The notes beneath the pieces are model-generated. The model saw only the letters and a list, made by a program, of their open reading frames with translations. It was not told where the DNA came from and ran no database searches. The translations under genes were made by a program, and so were the position numbers. A stretch of 64,000 nt of DNA, taken from NCBI GenBank assembly GCA_963831745.1, contig CAWHRD010000002.1:275603-339602 (forward strand), written 5' to 3'. Numbering within the stretch: the stretch's first letter is position 1; each line of letters starts with the position of its first letter. Source of the stretch: an uncultured Chloroflexia bacterium. GTDB taxonomy: Bacteria > Chloroflexota > Limnocylindria > Limnocylindrales > CSP1-4. This document shows positions 26,647 to 40,313 of this stretch, one piece after another.

Positions 26647-27435
26647 ATGATGGACCGCGCCGCTTCCGCCGGATCGACCCGGGCCGCGCCCCGGAGCCTC
26701 TGGTTCCCCCATCAGCACGGGGCCTGGGCGATGCTGGCGGTCCCGCTCCTGATGGGCGTGGCAGCCAGCGCGCCGTCGGCGTGGCAGCTCGTCCTCGCCG
26801 CCGCATCCGTCGCAGGGTACCTGGCGGCCGCCACGGCCCAGGCCTGGCTGCGCGCCCGGCGGCGACCGACCTTCGTCCCCTCGCTCGTGGCCTACGGCGC
26901 CGTCTTCGCCGTCGCCGGCGTCGCGCTCCTCGTTGCCTTCCCGGTGCTCGCGCTGGCCGCCGTCGTGGTCATCCCGGCCGGCGCGCTCGTCGTCGGCGGG
27001 GCCCGTCCGGGCACGCCGCGCGACCTCGCGAACAGCCTGGGCCAGACGGCCATCGCGCTGGTGCTCGTCCCCGCGGCGGCGCTCACCTCGGGAGCCTGGG
27101 AAGCCGACGCGGTCGTCCGGGCAACCCTCGTGGCGGCCGGCTACCTCGTGGGCACGGTGCTCGTCGTGCGATCGGTCATCCGCCAACGGGGCAACCGGGG
27201 CTTCGCGGCGCTGTCGGTCGGGTTCCACGCCGCCCTCGCCGTGGCCGCCGCCGTGACGCTCGCCTGGCCGTACGCCGTCTACTTCGCGGGACTCACCGGC
27301 CGTGCCGTCGCGCTCCCGCTTGTCGAACGCCGGCGCGCCGGCACGGCCCGCCCCCTTCGCCCGGTGCACGTCGGGATCGTCGAGATCGTGGCCTCGACCG
27401 TCCTCGTGGTCCTCGCCTTCGCCATACCGCTCTAG
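26647..27435 (+). CDS. YwiC-like family integral membrane protein
   Basis: 262 aa, about 8 TM. N-terminal FPHQHGAWAMLAVPLLMG, typical of YwiC-like proteins (from memory). Confidence 0.6.
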   Translation: MMDRAASAGSTRAAPRSLWFPHQHGAWAMLAVPLLMGVAASAPSAWQLVLAAASVAGYLAAATAQAWLRARRRPTFVPSLVAYGAVFAVAGVALLVAFPVLALAAVVVIPAGALVVGGARPGTPRDLANSLGQTAIALVLVPAAALTSGAWEADAVVRATLVAAGYLVGTVLVVRSVIRQRGNRGFAALSVGFHAALAVAAAVTLAWPYAVYFAGLTGRAVALPLVERRRAGTARPLRPVHVGIVEIVASTVLVVLAFAIPL

Positions 27436-28673
27436 CGAGCCGGCCTCTCGGGGGCGATCTTCCCGGGAGTGGAGGCGCCGCCGCCGGTCCCCGGCCCATC
27501 GCCGGCGCCGGTCGCGTCGGCCTCGAGGAAGGCTCCCGCCGCGAGGACATCGGCCACGTCGCCCGTGCCCCCGATCTGGAGCATCGCCCGGCTGTTGCCG
27601 GCGAGCTTCCGGGCAACCTTGAGGCGCTCCCCGGCCCAGTCCCAGCGGGCCGCCTCGGGGAACCGGGCGAGCCGCTCCTGGAGCTTCTCCAGGCGCAGCG
27701 CCTCGGTCTCGGCGTCCAGCTCGATCTCGCGCAGGCGGATCGCCGCCGCCAGCCCTACCTTCTCCATCTCGCGCTCGAAGCGCGCCTGAGCCTCCTGGCG
27801 CGCGAGGGCGTCGCGGTCGGACTGGACGCGCCGGTCGAAGCCCGCCTCCTCTTCCTGCTGCGACGTCCGGATCTGGGCAAGCCGGCGTGCCTCGCGCGTC
27901 GCGAGGAAGCCGGGCGGCGGGTCGACCCGGACGACGAGCACGCGGGTGACCCGCACCCCGTAGCTCTCGAGCGCCGACGACAGCGCGTCCCGGATGACCT
28001 CCGACTCGCGACCGACCATGTCGAGCACGCCCTCGGACTTGATCGACCGAGCGATCTCGCGGACGGTTGCCTGGGCCGAGCCCAGGCAGACGGCGTCGAA
28101 ATCGGGGGCGGTCGTGTTGTAGACGAACTTCCCGGGTTCCTCGATCCGGAAGGTGAAGAGCACCTCGATGTCGACCCGGACGTCGTCGGCCGTCGGGATG
28201 GCCCGCACGAGCGACCCGAAGGGGATCTCGCGGGTCGTCACGAGATGGGTGACGGTCACGGTCGGGGGAACTCGCTGGACGCCCGGCCCGGCGATGCGCA
28301 GGAAGCGGCCGCGCTCTGCGAGGACGGCCTGCGTTCCCTCGGGGACGGGGGTCAGGACGGCCCGGGCGCTGCCGGCGAGGAAGAGCGCGACCGCCGCGAC
28401 CAGGCCCGCCACCGTGAGGATCGTGCCGAGCGGCAGGAGCACCGCCGCCGCCGCCACCGCGGCGGCGGCGATGATCACCTCGACCTGGAAGCGCCCGCCC
28501 TGCTTGATGAGCACGACGATCGGGTAGCGCCCCGCGTCGTCGGGCGAGGCGAAGACCTCGGCCGCGCGCCGGAGGCGAACGCGCTGCTGGGTCAGCTGGA
28601 CGTAGGACGGCGCGACCACGAGCGCCTCGTCGACGGCATCGAGGTCGGCCGGCGCCGCGTACGACTCGGTCAC
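27432..28673 (-). CDS. SPFH/band-7 (stomatin/flotillin-like) domain protein
   Basis: N-terminal TM pair, SPFH core (VPEGTQAVLAERGRFLRIAGPGVQ...DDVRVDIEVLFTFRI...VRVTRVLVVRVDPP), then a long coiled-coil tail. Confidence 0.8.
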   Translation of the reverse strand: MTESYAAPADLDAVDEALVVAPSYVQLTQQRVRLRRAAEVFASPDDAGRYPIVVLIKQGGRFQVEVIIAAAAVAAAAVLLPLGTILTVAGLVAAVALFLAGSARAVLTPVPEGTQAVLAERGRFLRIAGPGVQRVPPTVTVTHLVTTREIPFGSLVRAIPTADDVRVDIEVLFTFRIEEPGKFVYNTTAPDFDAVCLGSAQATVREIARSIKSEGVLDMVGRESEVIRDALSSALESYGVRVTRVLVVRVDPPPGFLATREARRLAQIRTSQQEEEAGFDRRVQSDRDALARQEAQARFEREMEKVGLAAAIRLREIELDAETEALRLEKLQERLARFPEAARWDWAGERLKVARKLAGNSRAMLQIGGTGDVADVLAAGAFLEADATGAGDGPGTGGGASTPGKIAPERPAR

Positions 28674-30076
28674 GGGGCTTCACCTCCGGGGAGTGGACGG
28701 ACGCCGGTCGGGATGCCCGGCCGGCTGGCGATCGCGGTGGCGGAGGGTCGCGGCTCCGCGGGGGCCGTACCGCGGTTTCGGTAGATCGTGGGCACCGGGG
28801 CCGGTGTCGCGCCGGGGGCCGGTGCGCCTGCTGCGCGGCGTCGCTCCCACGGCAGGACCCCGGCCGGCTGCGGCGGCTCGGCGAGGCGTCCCCGGAGGTA
28901 GCGCACGGTATTGCGAGCGATCACGAGGATCGGCGCCGACAGAAGGAGCCACCCCAGGCTGATCTGCGAGAGGACGGCGAAGGCCGGCAGGGCCAGCGCG
29001 GGCTTGACGTTGAGGTCGCGGCCGAGCCGCCCGCCGACGGCCAGCTTGACGAGCTGCTGCGCGACGAGGTAGACGGCCAGCAATGCCACCGCCGCCTGCG
29101 GCTCGTCCTGCCGCGCGACCGCCAGCAGGACGATCGGGAGCGCGCCGACCAGACCGCCGAGCTGGGGGATCACCTGGGCGGTGCCCATGAAGGCGGCGAT
29201 CGCGATCGCCCCCGGGTACGACGCGATGTCCGCCCGCGACACCAGCATGAGACCGGCGTAGACCGCGGCACCGAGGCCCACGGCGGCCGCGATCTGCACC
29301 CGCAGGAAGGTGCTCAGGGCGCGGTGCACGATCGTCAGGAGCGCCATCGCGTCGGCGCGCAGGCCCGGGGCGAACTGGGCCGCGATCTGGCCTCGCAGCG
29401 AGCGCCCGTCGCGGACGACCGAGAGGACCCACAGGGGCAGCAGCACGAGGCCGATGACGAAGCCGATGGTGTCGAAGATCCCGAGGAGCCCCGAGACGAT
29501 GAGCTCGGCGATGGAGTCGAGGAACGACGAGAGGCTGGTGGTGACGATCGTCGCCACCCGCTCGAGGACGCCGACGACGAGCGCCCGGGCGCCCTCGGGC
29601 AGCGTCGCCAGGTACGCGTCGAGCTGCGCCCGGAGGTCGGCCAGCTGGGTCGATCCGGGGAGCTCGCGGAGGATCTGGATCGTCGCGGCGACCAGGGGCG
29701 GGACGACGACCGCCACGATCGCAACGAGCACCGCCAGGCCGGCCGCCAAGGCGATCGCGGCCGCGAGCACGCGCGGCATCACGCGGTCGAGGACGCCGAC
29801 GAGCGGGTAGATCGTGTAGGCGAGCAGGCCGCCGATGGCGAACGGCAGGAGGGAGGGCCAGGTCGCGGCCGCCAGCCACGCGGAGATGGCGACGACGAGC
29901 GTCGCCAGGAGTCCGCGCCCGAGCGCCTGCGGCGTGATCGTGGAGATCCGGGCCGCCAGCAGGCGCCATTCGGCGCGCGAGCGCTCCCGGGCGGGCCGGA
30001 GGCGGGCGATCGCGCGGTCCTGGACCTTCGTGCTCACGATGCGCAGAGTATCCGCCGCGCGCCGCCCGTGTCGCAT
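28670..30076 (-). CDS. AI-2E family transporter (PerM/UPF0118)
   Basis: Multi-TM protein with the family-typical layout. 4-nt overlap with the downstream SPFH gene. The exact start is uncertain. Confidence 0.75.
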   Translation of the reverse strand: MRHGRRAADTLRIVSTKVQDRAIARLRPARERSRAEWRLLAARISTITPQALGRGLLATLVVAISAWLAAATWPSLLPFAIGGLLAYTIYPLVGVLDRVMPRVLAAAIALAAGLAVLVAIVAVVVPPLVAATIQILRELPGSTQLADLRAQLDAYLATLPEGARALVVGVLERVATIVTTSLSSFLDSIAELIVSGLLGIFDTIGFVIGLVLLPLWVLSVVRDGRSLRGQIAAQFAPGLRADAMALLTIVHRALSTFLRVQIAAAVGLGAAVYAGLMLVSRADIASYPGAIAIAAFMGTAQVIPQLGGLVGALPIVLLAVARQDEPQAAVALLAVYLVAQQLVKLAVGGRLGRDLNVKPALALPAFAVLSQISLGWLLLSAPILVIARNTVRYLRGRLAEPPQPAGVLPWERRRAAGAPAPGATPAPVPTIYRNRGTAPAEPRPSATAIASRPGIPTGVRPLPGGEAP

Positions 30077-30258
30077 CCTCCGCGCCGGGTGAGGGGCCGC
30101 GTGCAGCGGGGGTGGGCGGCAGCGAGCGGCCCCCGGCCTCGCGGAACTGTGCCCCGTACCGAGCCACGCGGTACGCGACTACCGCGTCGAGCCTTGAGAT
30201 GACGGGAAGCGACCCTTTGGCCGCATGCCGGATCACGAGACCGGTCGCGCATACCGCC

Positions 30259-30350
30259 GGCGGCGGTACGGGTGCCGGCTCCCGGCTGGTTGGCGGCGGT
30301 ACGGGTGCCGGCTCCCGGGTGGCCGGCGGCCGGCGGCGGTACGGGTGCCG
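30259..30350 (+). repeat. Three direct copies of GGCGGCGGTACGGGTGCCGGCTCCCGG in the msiK upstream region
   Basis: Copies at 30259-30285, 30292-30318 (both 27/27) and 30332-30350 (first 19 nt). Periods are 33 and 40 nt. Confidence 0.85.
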
Positions 30351-30595
30351 CCCACATGCCGCGTCGTGCGGCCGGATGCCGCCCTGCGGAGTGGCCCCGA
30401 CGGGCCGATCAGCCCAGGGCCCGAGGCCTACCCCGGCACGGCACTCCGCCCGGGTGCACCAGACCGTCCGGAACGTTGCGACGGGGTGCTACGATCGATC
30501 CGCCCCGAGCCGGCACCTCGTACGGGGCCCGTCCGCGCCGCTTGGCGGCCGTGATGCAAGGGCCCACGATGCCCCGACCGGAGAAGGAGACGCGC

Positions 30596-31702
<1,107 letters not shown>

Positions 31703-31741
31703 TCGGGGCCGCTCGGGGGCACCACCCCGCACAGCCAACCG

Positions 31742-31773
31742 GGACGAGCCGGGCCGCAAGGCCCGGCTCGTCC
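31742..31773 (+). terminator. Stem-loop downstream of msiK
   Basis: GGACGAGCCGGGCC-gcaa-GGCCCGGCTCGTCC, a perfect 14-bp stem, 39 nt after the stop. Confidence 0.65.
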
Positions 31774-31800
31774 GCGTCCGGGGCCACGGATAATGCGCGC

Positions 31801-32508
31801 ATGCCTCCCGACTCGACCCTCGACCCGGCGCCCGGCGCCCCCGCCCGGGACAGCGCCCCTGAGCCCGCGGCTGAGCCCACGGCCGGCCGGCATCCTTCCC
31901 CTCCCCGGGCGGACGCGCCCGGTCCGGGCGACGGCGCGCTCGTGGAGCGCCTCGTCGCCTCCGAGGTGCTCCATCGCGGCCGCTACCTGGAGTTCCGGGT
32001 GGACACGGTGGAGCGCGCCGACGGGCGCCGCGCGCAACGCGACGTCGCCGGCCATCCCGGCGCGGTCGCCATCCTCGCCCTCGACCCGGACGGCTGCGTC
32101 CTGCTGGTCCGGCAGTACCGGCACCCGGCGGGACGCGTGCTCCTCGAGATCCCCGCGGGGACGCTCGAGCGCGACCCCGTCACCGGCGCCACCGAGGACC
32201 CGGAGGGCGCCGCGCGCCGCGAGCTCGAGGAGGAGACCGGCCGGCGCGCCGCCCGGTGGGAGCTGCTCGCCGACTTCTGGACGGCACCCGGGTTCGCGAC
32301 CGAGCGCATGTACCTGTTCCTCGCCACGGACCTCGCGCCGGCCGCCGGAGACCGGCTCCATCCGGACGAGGACGAGGCCCTCCAGCTGGTCCGGCTCCCG
32401 TGGCGTGAAGCCGTCGCCGCGGCGGAGCGCGGCGAGATCCCGGACGCCAAGTCGCTCGTTGGGCTGCTCTGGCTGGCGCGCCGGTTGGAGGGTGGCGCGA
32501 CCGCTTGA
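31801..32508 (+). CDS. NUDIX hydrolase (ADP-ribose pyrophosphatase-like)
   Basis: Nudix box GTLERDPVTGATEDPEGAARRELEEETG. N-terminal Pro/Ala-rich extension. Confidence 0.8.
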   Translation: MPPDSTLDPAPGAPARDSAPEPAAEPTAGRHPSPPRADAPGPGDGALVERLVASEVLHRGRYLEFRVDTVERADGRRAQRDVAGHPGAVAILALDPDGCVLLVRQYRHPAGRVLLEIPAGTLERDPVTGATEDPEGAARRELEEETGRRAARWELLADFWTAPGFATERMYLFLATDLAPAAGDRLHPDEDEALQLVRLPWREAVAAAERGEIPDAKSLVGLLWLARRLEGGATA

Positions 32509-32657
32509 AGCGCCCGGGCGGGATCCTCCCCGCCCGAGCCGCAGCGGGTCTCCTCGGGCGCCTTCGCGCGCCCGGGACCCGCCTGTCGGACGCCTCTCGC
32601 GCGCCTCGGTCGGCTCGTCGGGCGCCCGTCGGGCGCCTGTCGGTCGCCTCGGCCGGG

Positions 32658-33062
32658 CTACTCGCGCGACCCCCCGAGCCGGTTGAGGCCGCCCCGGTAG
32701 AGCCGGCTGTCGGGGGCCAGGGCGACCGCGAGGCGCAGGTGCGTTCGTCCCTCGTCGACGCGCCCCAGGCGGACGAGCGCCCGTCCCAGCGCGTAGTGGC
32801 CGTAGTGCGACGACGGGTCGACGGCCAGGAGCGCCTCGAAGGCCTCGACCGCGCGGTCGAGCTGACCGGTCATGAACCAGGCGCGGCCCAGCGGCTCCAG
32901 GATGGAGCCGCGCCCGGGCTCGAGGGCGGCGGCCCGCGCGAGGACCACCGCCGCCTGGGCGTGGTGTCGCTGCGCGAGGAGCGCCTGGCCCCGCAGGAGC
33001 AGCTCGTAGGCGCTCTCCGGCTCGCCGGGCGCCGGCAGGGACCCGGTCGCGTCGTCGTCCAT
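32658..33062 (-). CDS. Tetratricopeptide repeat protein
   Basis: 134 aa with three TPR-like helical hairpins (AQAAVVLARAAALEP, LDRAVEAFEALLAVDP, YALGRALVRLGRVDEGRTHLRLAVALAP). Confidence 0.7.
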   Translation of the reverse strand: MDDDATGSLPAPGEPESAYELLLRGQALLAQRHHAQAAVVLARAAALEPGRGSILEPLGRAWFMTGQLDRAVEAFEALLAVDPSSHYGHYALGRALVRLGRVDEGRTHLRLAVALAPDSRLYRGGLNRLGGSRE

Positions 33063-33093
33063 GCCCCGATCCTGCCACGGATCGGGGCCGGCG

Positions 33094-35648
<2,555 letters not shown>

Positions 35649-35652
<4 letters not shown>

Positions 35653-36680
35653 GCGCCGCTCCGCCAGGCGGCGAGGTCGACCCGCTGCAGCCTGGGACTC
35701 GAGGTGATCCCGGGGATCCGGCCGCGCTTCGCGATCGGCGCGCCGTCGATCTCCTTGATGTCGCCCGTGAAGTCGATGGGGCTCGCCCCGGAGATGTAGC
35801 TCCCGACGGCGAAGCTGTCGGCGGGGGCGCCCTGCTCCTTGAACTGGCGGATCCGGTCGGGCGTGAGGCCGCCGGAGACGACGATGCCGACCTGGGGGTG
35901 GCCGGCCTGGTCGAGCCGCGCCCGGATCTCCGTGACGAGGTCGGCCGTCACGCGCCCGCGCTCCGAGGGCGTGTCGAGGCGGATCCCGTAGAGCCGATCG
36001 CCGAGCGCGTCCGCGACCCGCAGCGCCTCCTCGGCCTCGTCCTTGAAGGTGTCCACGAGGACGATCCGCGGTACGTCGGGCTCGAGGTCTCGATCGAAGG
36101 CCTGCGCCGCCCGAACGGTGTCGCCCAGGATGAGCACCAGCGAATGGGGCATCGTGCCGGTCGGGTTGAGGTTCGCGAGCCGGGCTCCCGCCGGCGTCGA
36201 GGCGCCGACGCAGCCACCGACGATGGCGGCGTAGTCGAGGACGTCGGTCACGTCCGGGTGGACGTGGCGCGCCCCGAAGCTGATCACGGGCTGCGGCGCG
36301 GCGGCCTCGACGCACTCCCGGGCGGCGGTCGCCCAGCCGGTCGCCTGGGCCATCATGCCGAGGATCGCCGTCTCGTACAGGCCGAAGACACGGTAGCGGG
36401 CCCGGATCCGGAGGACGACCTCCTTCGGGGAGAAGCGGTCGCCGTCGTCGAGCCCCTCCACGAGGACCTCGTCCGGGTCGGCGTGCTCGAGGACGTGGGC
36501 CAGGAGGTTCTTCGCCTCGTCGATGCCGCACAGGACGCCCTGGCCGCGACTGAACACCTCGAGGGTGACGATCGGGTCGAGCCCCTCCCGCTCGAGGATC
36601 CGCGTCGCGCGGGCGAAGTAGACGTCCGCCGATTCGCCGGACAGGATCTCGCGCGAGGGGCGGTGGGGCTTGAGCCGCAT
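35649..36680 (-). CDS. Nicotinate phosphoribosyltransferase family protein (short archaeal-like type)
   Basis: 343 aa. N-terminal ADVYFARATRILEREG and a type II PRTase barrel pattern. Confidence 0.7.
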
Positions 36681-36731
36681 CGCCGGATCGTAGCAGGGCG
36701 GCGGCCGTCGGCGCGGGCCCCGTGGCGGCCG

Positions 36732-37247
36732 TCAGCGCGGGCCGGCCAGCTCCCCGAGCCGGTCCGCGTACCGTGCGAACAGCCCCACCTGGCGGCTGAC
36801 CTGCCCGCCCCAGTCCGGGATTCGCCCGGCGACCCAGACCCAGGGTGCCGTCTCCTCGAGCAGGAGGTCGCTGATGGCCAGGACGCGGGCGACGCCCAGG
36901 CCCAGCTCGTCGCGATCGAGCCGCTCGACCGGGATCTCAGCGGCCAGGACGGGCCGATCGTCGTCGGTCAGCGCGAACTTCACGAAGGGGAACTCGTCGT
37001 TCCAGCGCAGCAGGCGCCGGTACGAGACGCGGAACGAGTGGGCGATCGGGGGTGCGAGGTGGAGCCACACGAGGGCCGCGGTGGACGGGTCGAGGATCAC
37101 CGTGACGCGCAGGTCGAAGCGACGCCGCCCGTCGAGCCGCAGGTCCCAGGAGGCGACCGAGTCACGCTCGAGGCGCTCGGCCGGCCCGAGGTCCAGCTCC
37201 GCCAGCCAGCCCTCGACCGCGGCGGGCGTCGGGGCAGCCGGGGTCAC
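36732..37247 (-). CDS. YbjN-like (putative chaperone/sensory-transduction regulator fold) protein
   Basis: GTG start overlaps the glgC stop (GTGA). The sequence WDLRLDGRRRFDLRVTVILDP...FPFVKFALTDDDRPVLAAEIPVE resembles the YbjN family. Confidence 0.5.
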   Translation of the reverse strand: MTPAAPTPAAVEGWLAELDLGPAERLERDSVASWDLRLDGRRRFDLRVTVILDPSTAALVWLHLAPPIAHSFRVSYRRLLRWNDEFPFVKFALTDDDRPVLAAEIPVERLDRDELGLGVARVLAISDLLLEETAPWVWVAGRIPDWGGQVSRQVGLFARYADRLGELAGPR

Positions 37248-38611
37248 GCGTCGTCGCGGCGGGCGCCACCGGCGCTGCTGGCGGGCGTCTCCGGAGCGCC
37301 TTCGGCCTCGGCCGCCGCGGCGGCGGCCACCCGGCGCGAGCGAGGCTTCGCCCTGCCGTCGCGGCGCGTCACGGTGGCACCGGATTCCACCGACCTGCCG
37401 GAGAAGTCGGTGGCCCGCACGTCCGGATCGATCCGCACGTTGCGCCCGATGCGCACGCTGCGGGGGATCACCGCCCGCTTGCCGACGATCGTGATCCCGG
37501 TGTTGAGGTGGCTGGGCGCCAGGCGGTTGGCGACGCCGAAGTCGCCGCCCTCGCCGACGATGGCGCCGGGCCCGACCGTCACCTCCTTGTCGAGGATCGC
37601 CCGGTCGATGACGGCGCCGGGCCGGACGACGGTGTCGAACATCAGGATCGAGTCGCGCACGACGGCCCCGACGCCGACCACGACGCCCGGCGAGAGGACG
37701 GAGTTGACGACCATCCCGTCGACCTGGCAGCCGTGGCTGATGAGGCTCCGGTGGACCTGGGCCGTCGCCCCGATCTTGGCTGGAGCGCGCTCCTCCGACC
37801 GCGTGTGGATCAGCCACTCCTTGTCGTAGAGGTCCAGCAGGGGGTGATCCTCGAGGAGCGCCATGTTGGCCTCCCAGTAGCTGTGGATCGTCCCGACGTC
37901 CTGCCAGTAGCCGTCGAAGCGGTAACCGTAGACCCGCGCGCCCCCATCGATCATCGCCGGGATCACGTGGGTCCCGAAGTCCGGGTGGTCCTCGTCGAGC
38001 CAGCGGTGGAATGCCCGCTTGCTGAACACGTAGACGCCCATGCTGGCGAGGTCCGACTTCGGCTGCTTGGGCTTCTCCTGGAACTCGACGACCCGGCCGG
38101 TCTCGTCGAGCGCCAGGATCCCCATCCGCGTCGCCTCCGCCAGCGGGACGCGGCGGACGGCGATCGTGGCGTCGGCCCGGCGCTGGCGATGGAAGGCGAC
38201 GAACGGCGAGTAGTCCATCTTGTAGACGTGGTCGCCGGCCAGCACGACGACCACGTCGCCGGGCGCCTGGTCCACCACGGACATGTTCTGGAGGACCGCG
38301 TCCGCCGTGCCGCGATACCACTCGCTCGTCTTGCCGCGCCCGATGTAGGGCGGCAGGATGCGGATCCCTCCGACGGTCCGGTCGAGGTCCCAGGGACGAC
38401 CGGACCCGACGTGGTCCGAGAGCGAGCGTGGGTTGTACTGCGTCAGGACCGCCACGTTGTCGATGTCGGAGTTGACGCAGTTCGACAGGGCGAAGTCGAT
38501 GATCCGGAACTTGCCGCCGAAGGGGACGGCCGGCTTGGCCCGCTTCTCCGAGAGGATGGAGAGGCGCGCGCCCTCGCCGCCTGCCAGGATCACCGCAAAG
38601 GCTCGCTTCAT
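37244..38611 (-). CDS. glgC: Glucose-1-phosphate adenylyltransferase
   Basis: [43 protein letters not shown], left-handed beta-helix C-domain, extra Arg/Ala-rich tail. Confidence 0.92.
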   Translation of the reverse strand: MKRAFAVILAGGEGARLSILSEKRAKPAVPFGGKFRIIDFALSNCVNSDIDNVAVLTQYNPRSLSDHVGSGRPWDLDRTVGGIRILPPYIGRGKTSEWYRGTADAVLQNMSVVDQAPGDVVVVLAGDHVYKMDYSPFVAFHRQRRADATIAVRRVPLAEATRMGILALDETGRVVEFQEKPKQPKSDLASMGVYVFSKRAFHRWLDEDHPDFGTHVIPAMIDGGARVYGYRFDGYWQDVGTIHSYWEANMALLEDHPLLDLYDKEWLIHTRSEERAPAKIGATAQVHRSLISHGCQVDGMVVNSVLSPGVVVGVGAVVRDSILMFDTVVRPGAVIDRAILDKEVTVGPGAIVGEGGDFGVANRLAPSHLNTGITIVGKRAVIPRSVRIGRNVRIDPDVRATDFSGRSVESGATVTRRDGRAKPRSRRVAAAAAAEAEGAPETPASSAGGARRDDA

Positions 38612-38759
38612 CGGCCGTCCTCACGTGGGACACGGGATTGGGGGGGTCGACGGGCTCCGCGATCGATGCTACCACGGCCGAACGGGCCCGCCGGCACCCG
38701 GGCGCTCGGGGGACCGGCCGGGCGAGGGCGGCCGCCCGGGCCCATGAGGCCGCCGGGGC

Positions 38760-40142
38760 CTAGACGAACAGGCGCGGGTTCACGACGCTCCCGTTGAGCC
38801 AGACCATCCAGTGCAGGTGGGCTCCGGTGGAGTGCCCCGTGTTGCCCTCGTAGCCGATCACCTGGCCCTTGCTCACCGCGTCGCCGGCCGACGCGCCCGG
38901 CGGGACGATCGGCTGGAGATGGGCGTACCACGTGGTGAGCTCGCCGGAGTGGGCCACCACGACGATCCAGGCCGGGTCGGCGCCGTCGGCGTAGTTCCAG
39001 CCGGCGTAGACGACGCGACCGTCGCCGGCGGCCCGCACCGGCGTGCCCTCCGGGGCGACGATGTCGATCCCCTGGTGGAAGTGGGCGCAGCTGCCGAGCG
39101 GCGGCTCCCAGCCGAACCCGGTGCAGCCGAACTCCTGGGAGATCGCCCCGGACATCGGCCACTGCAGCGTCCCGTTGTACTGCGACGGGATGTTGCCGAG
39201 GCTCCGCTGACGGGCGATGATCGCCGCGATCCGCCCCGACAGCTTCTTCTGGGCGGCCACGTTCCGGGCGATGGCCGCGGCGAGGGCGCCCTTGTTCCTG
39301 GAGATCTTGCGGTAGGCGGCGCGCTGGATCGCGAGCTGGCGGGAGGTCTCCTTCTGGAGCTCGGAGAGGCGCGCTTTCGCCTCCCGAAGGTCCCTGAGGC
39401 GGGCGTCGAGCTCGACCTTCTGGGCCAGGGTCTCCTGGCGCAGCTCCTCGCGGGCGGCCCGCGTGTCGACCAGCAGGGCGCGCAGCGAGTCGAGGGTGCG
39501 CGCGTCCTGCTTGATCCGGTCGGCAAGGACCCGGTCCTGCTCGCCGAGGTCGAGATACGAGCTGACGTCCTGCAGGAGATCGGTGAACGTGCCGGCCGAC
39601 AGCACCGTCTGGACGAGCGGCGTCCGTTCGGTCTTGTATGCCTCCCGCAGGCGGGCGCCGAGGAGGTCCTTGCGCTCCTGCAGCTGGGCCGCCTTCTCGT
39701 CCTGGTCCGCCTCGATCGCCACGACCTGCCGGTCGAGCAGCTCGACCTGGGCGACCAGGTCCGCGTAGGCGGCGCGCACCTGCGCCACCTGGGCGCTGAT
39801 CCTCGTGATCCGCTTCCTGGTCTGGTCGAGGTTCGCGTTGATCCCGCCGAGGGCCGTCTGCGTCGAGGCGATCTCCTGCGCCAGGCCGCCCTGGAGGGCC
39901 CGGATCTTCGCGACCTGCTCTCGCTGCGCCTTGACCCGGGCCACCAGCGCCTTCTGGCGGGCGATGGCGTCCGAGAGCTCGTCGCCGTGGGCCGACGGCG
40001 GCCCGGCGAGCCCGACCAGGAGGGGAAGCAGGAGGATGAACGCGCCGAGGCGCAGGGACACGCCCCGGGGGCGGCCCGGGAGGGCAAGTCGCGTGCGGCG
40101 CGGCGTCCACCCCGCGGCCCGGGGCGTGGCGTGGCGGCGCAT
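38760..40142 (-). CDS. M23 family metallopeptidase with N-terminal coiled coil (EnvC-like)
   Basis: HFHQGIDIVAPEGTPVRAAGDGRVVYAG and GHSTGAHLHW zinc motifs. About 250-aa coiled-coil region. Signal/TM at the N-terminus. Confidence 0.88.
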   Translation of the reverse strand: MRRHATPRAAGWTPRRTRLALPGRPRGVSLRLGAFILLLPLLVGLAGPPSAHGDELSDAIARQKALVARVKAQREQVAKIRALQGGLAQEIASTQTALGGINANLDQTRKRITRISAQVAQVRAAYADLVAQVELLDRQVVAIEADQDEKAAQLQERKDLLGARLREAYKTERTPLVQTVLSAGTFTDLLQDVSSYLDLGEQDRVLADRIKQDARTLDSLRALLVDTRAAREELRQETLAQKVELDARLRDLREAKARLSELQKETSRQLAIQRAAYRKISRNKGALAAAIARNVAAQKKLSGRIAAIIARQRSLGNIPSQYNGTLQWPMSGAISQEFGCTGFGWEPPLGSCAHFHQGIDIVAPEGTPVRAAGDGRVVYAGWNYADGADPAWIVVVAHSGELTTWYAHLQPIVPPGASAGDAVSKGQVIGYEGNTGHSTGAHLHWMVWLNGSVVNPRLFV

Positions 40143-40313
40143 CAGGTTGGCGTCGTCATCGTGCGAGCGGTGCTCCGTTGGGCGCGTCTCCGGCGCGCCG
40201 TGGCGGTGTCCATCCCGCCGGTGCGTCGCCGTCCGAAGGGGGCACGCCTCGGGACGACCCGGCTGGCCCGCATTCTACTCCGCGCTCGCGAGCACGCCAC
40301 CCGGACGACCGGG

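Noticed and set aside
30259-30350. CRISPR-like array.
   Set aside because: There are only 2.7 copies. The spacers are 6 and 13 nt of unequal length. The unit is not palindromic in the CRISPR sense, and no cas genes are present in the window.
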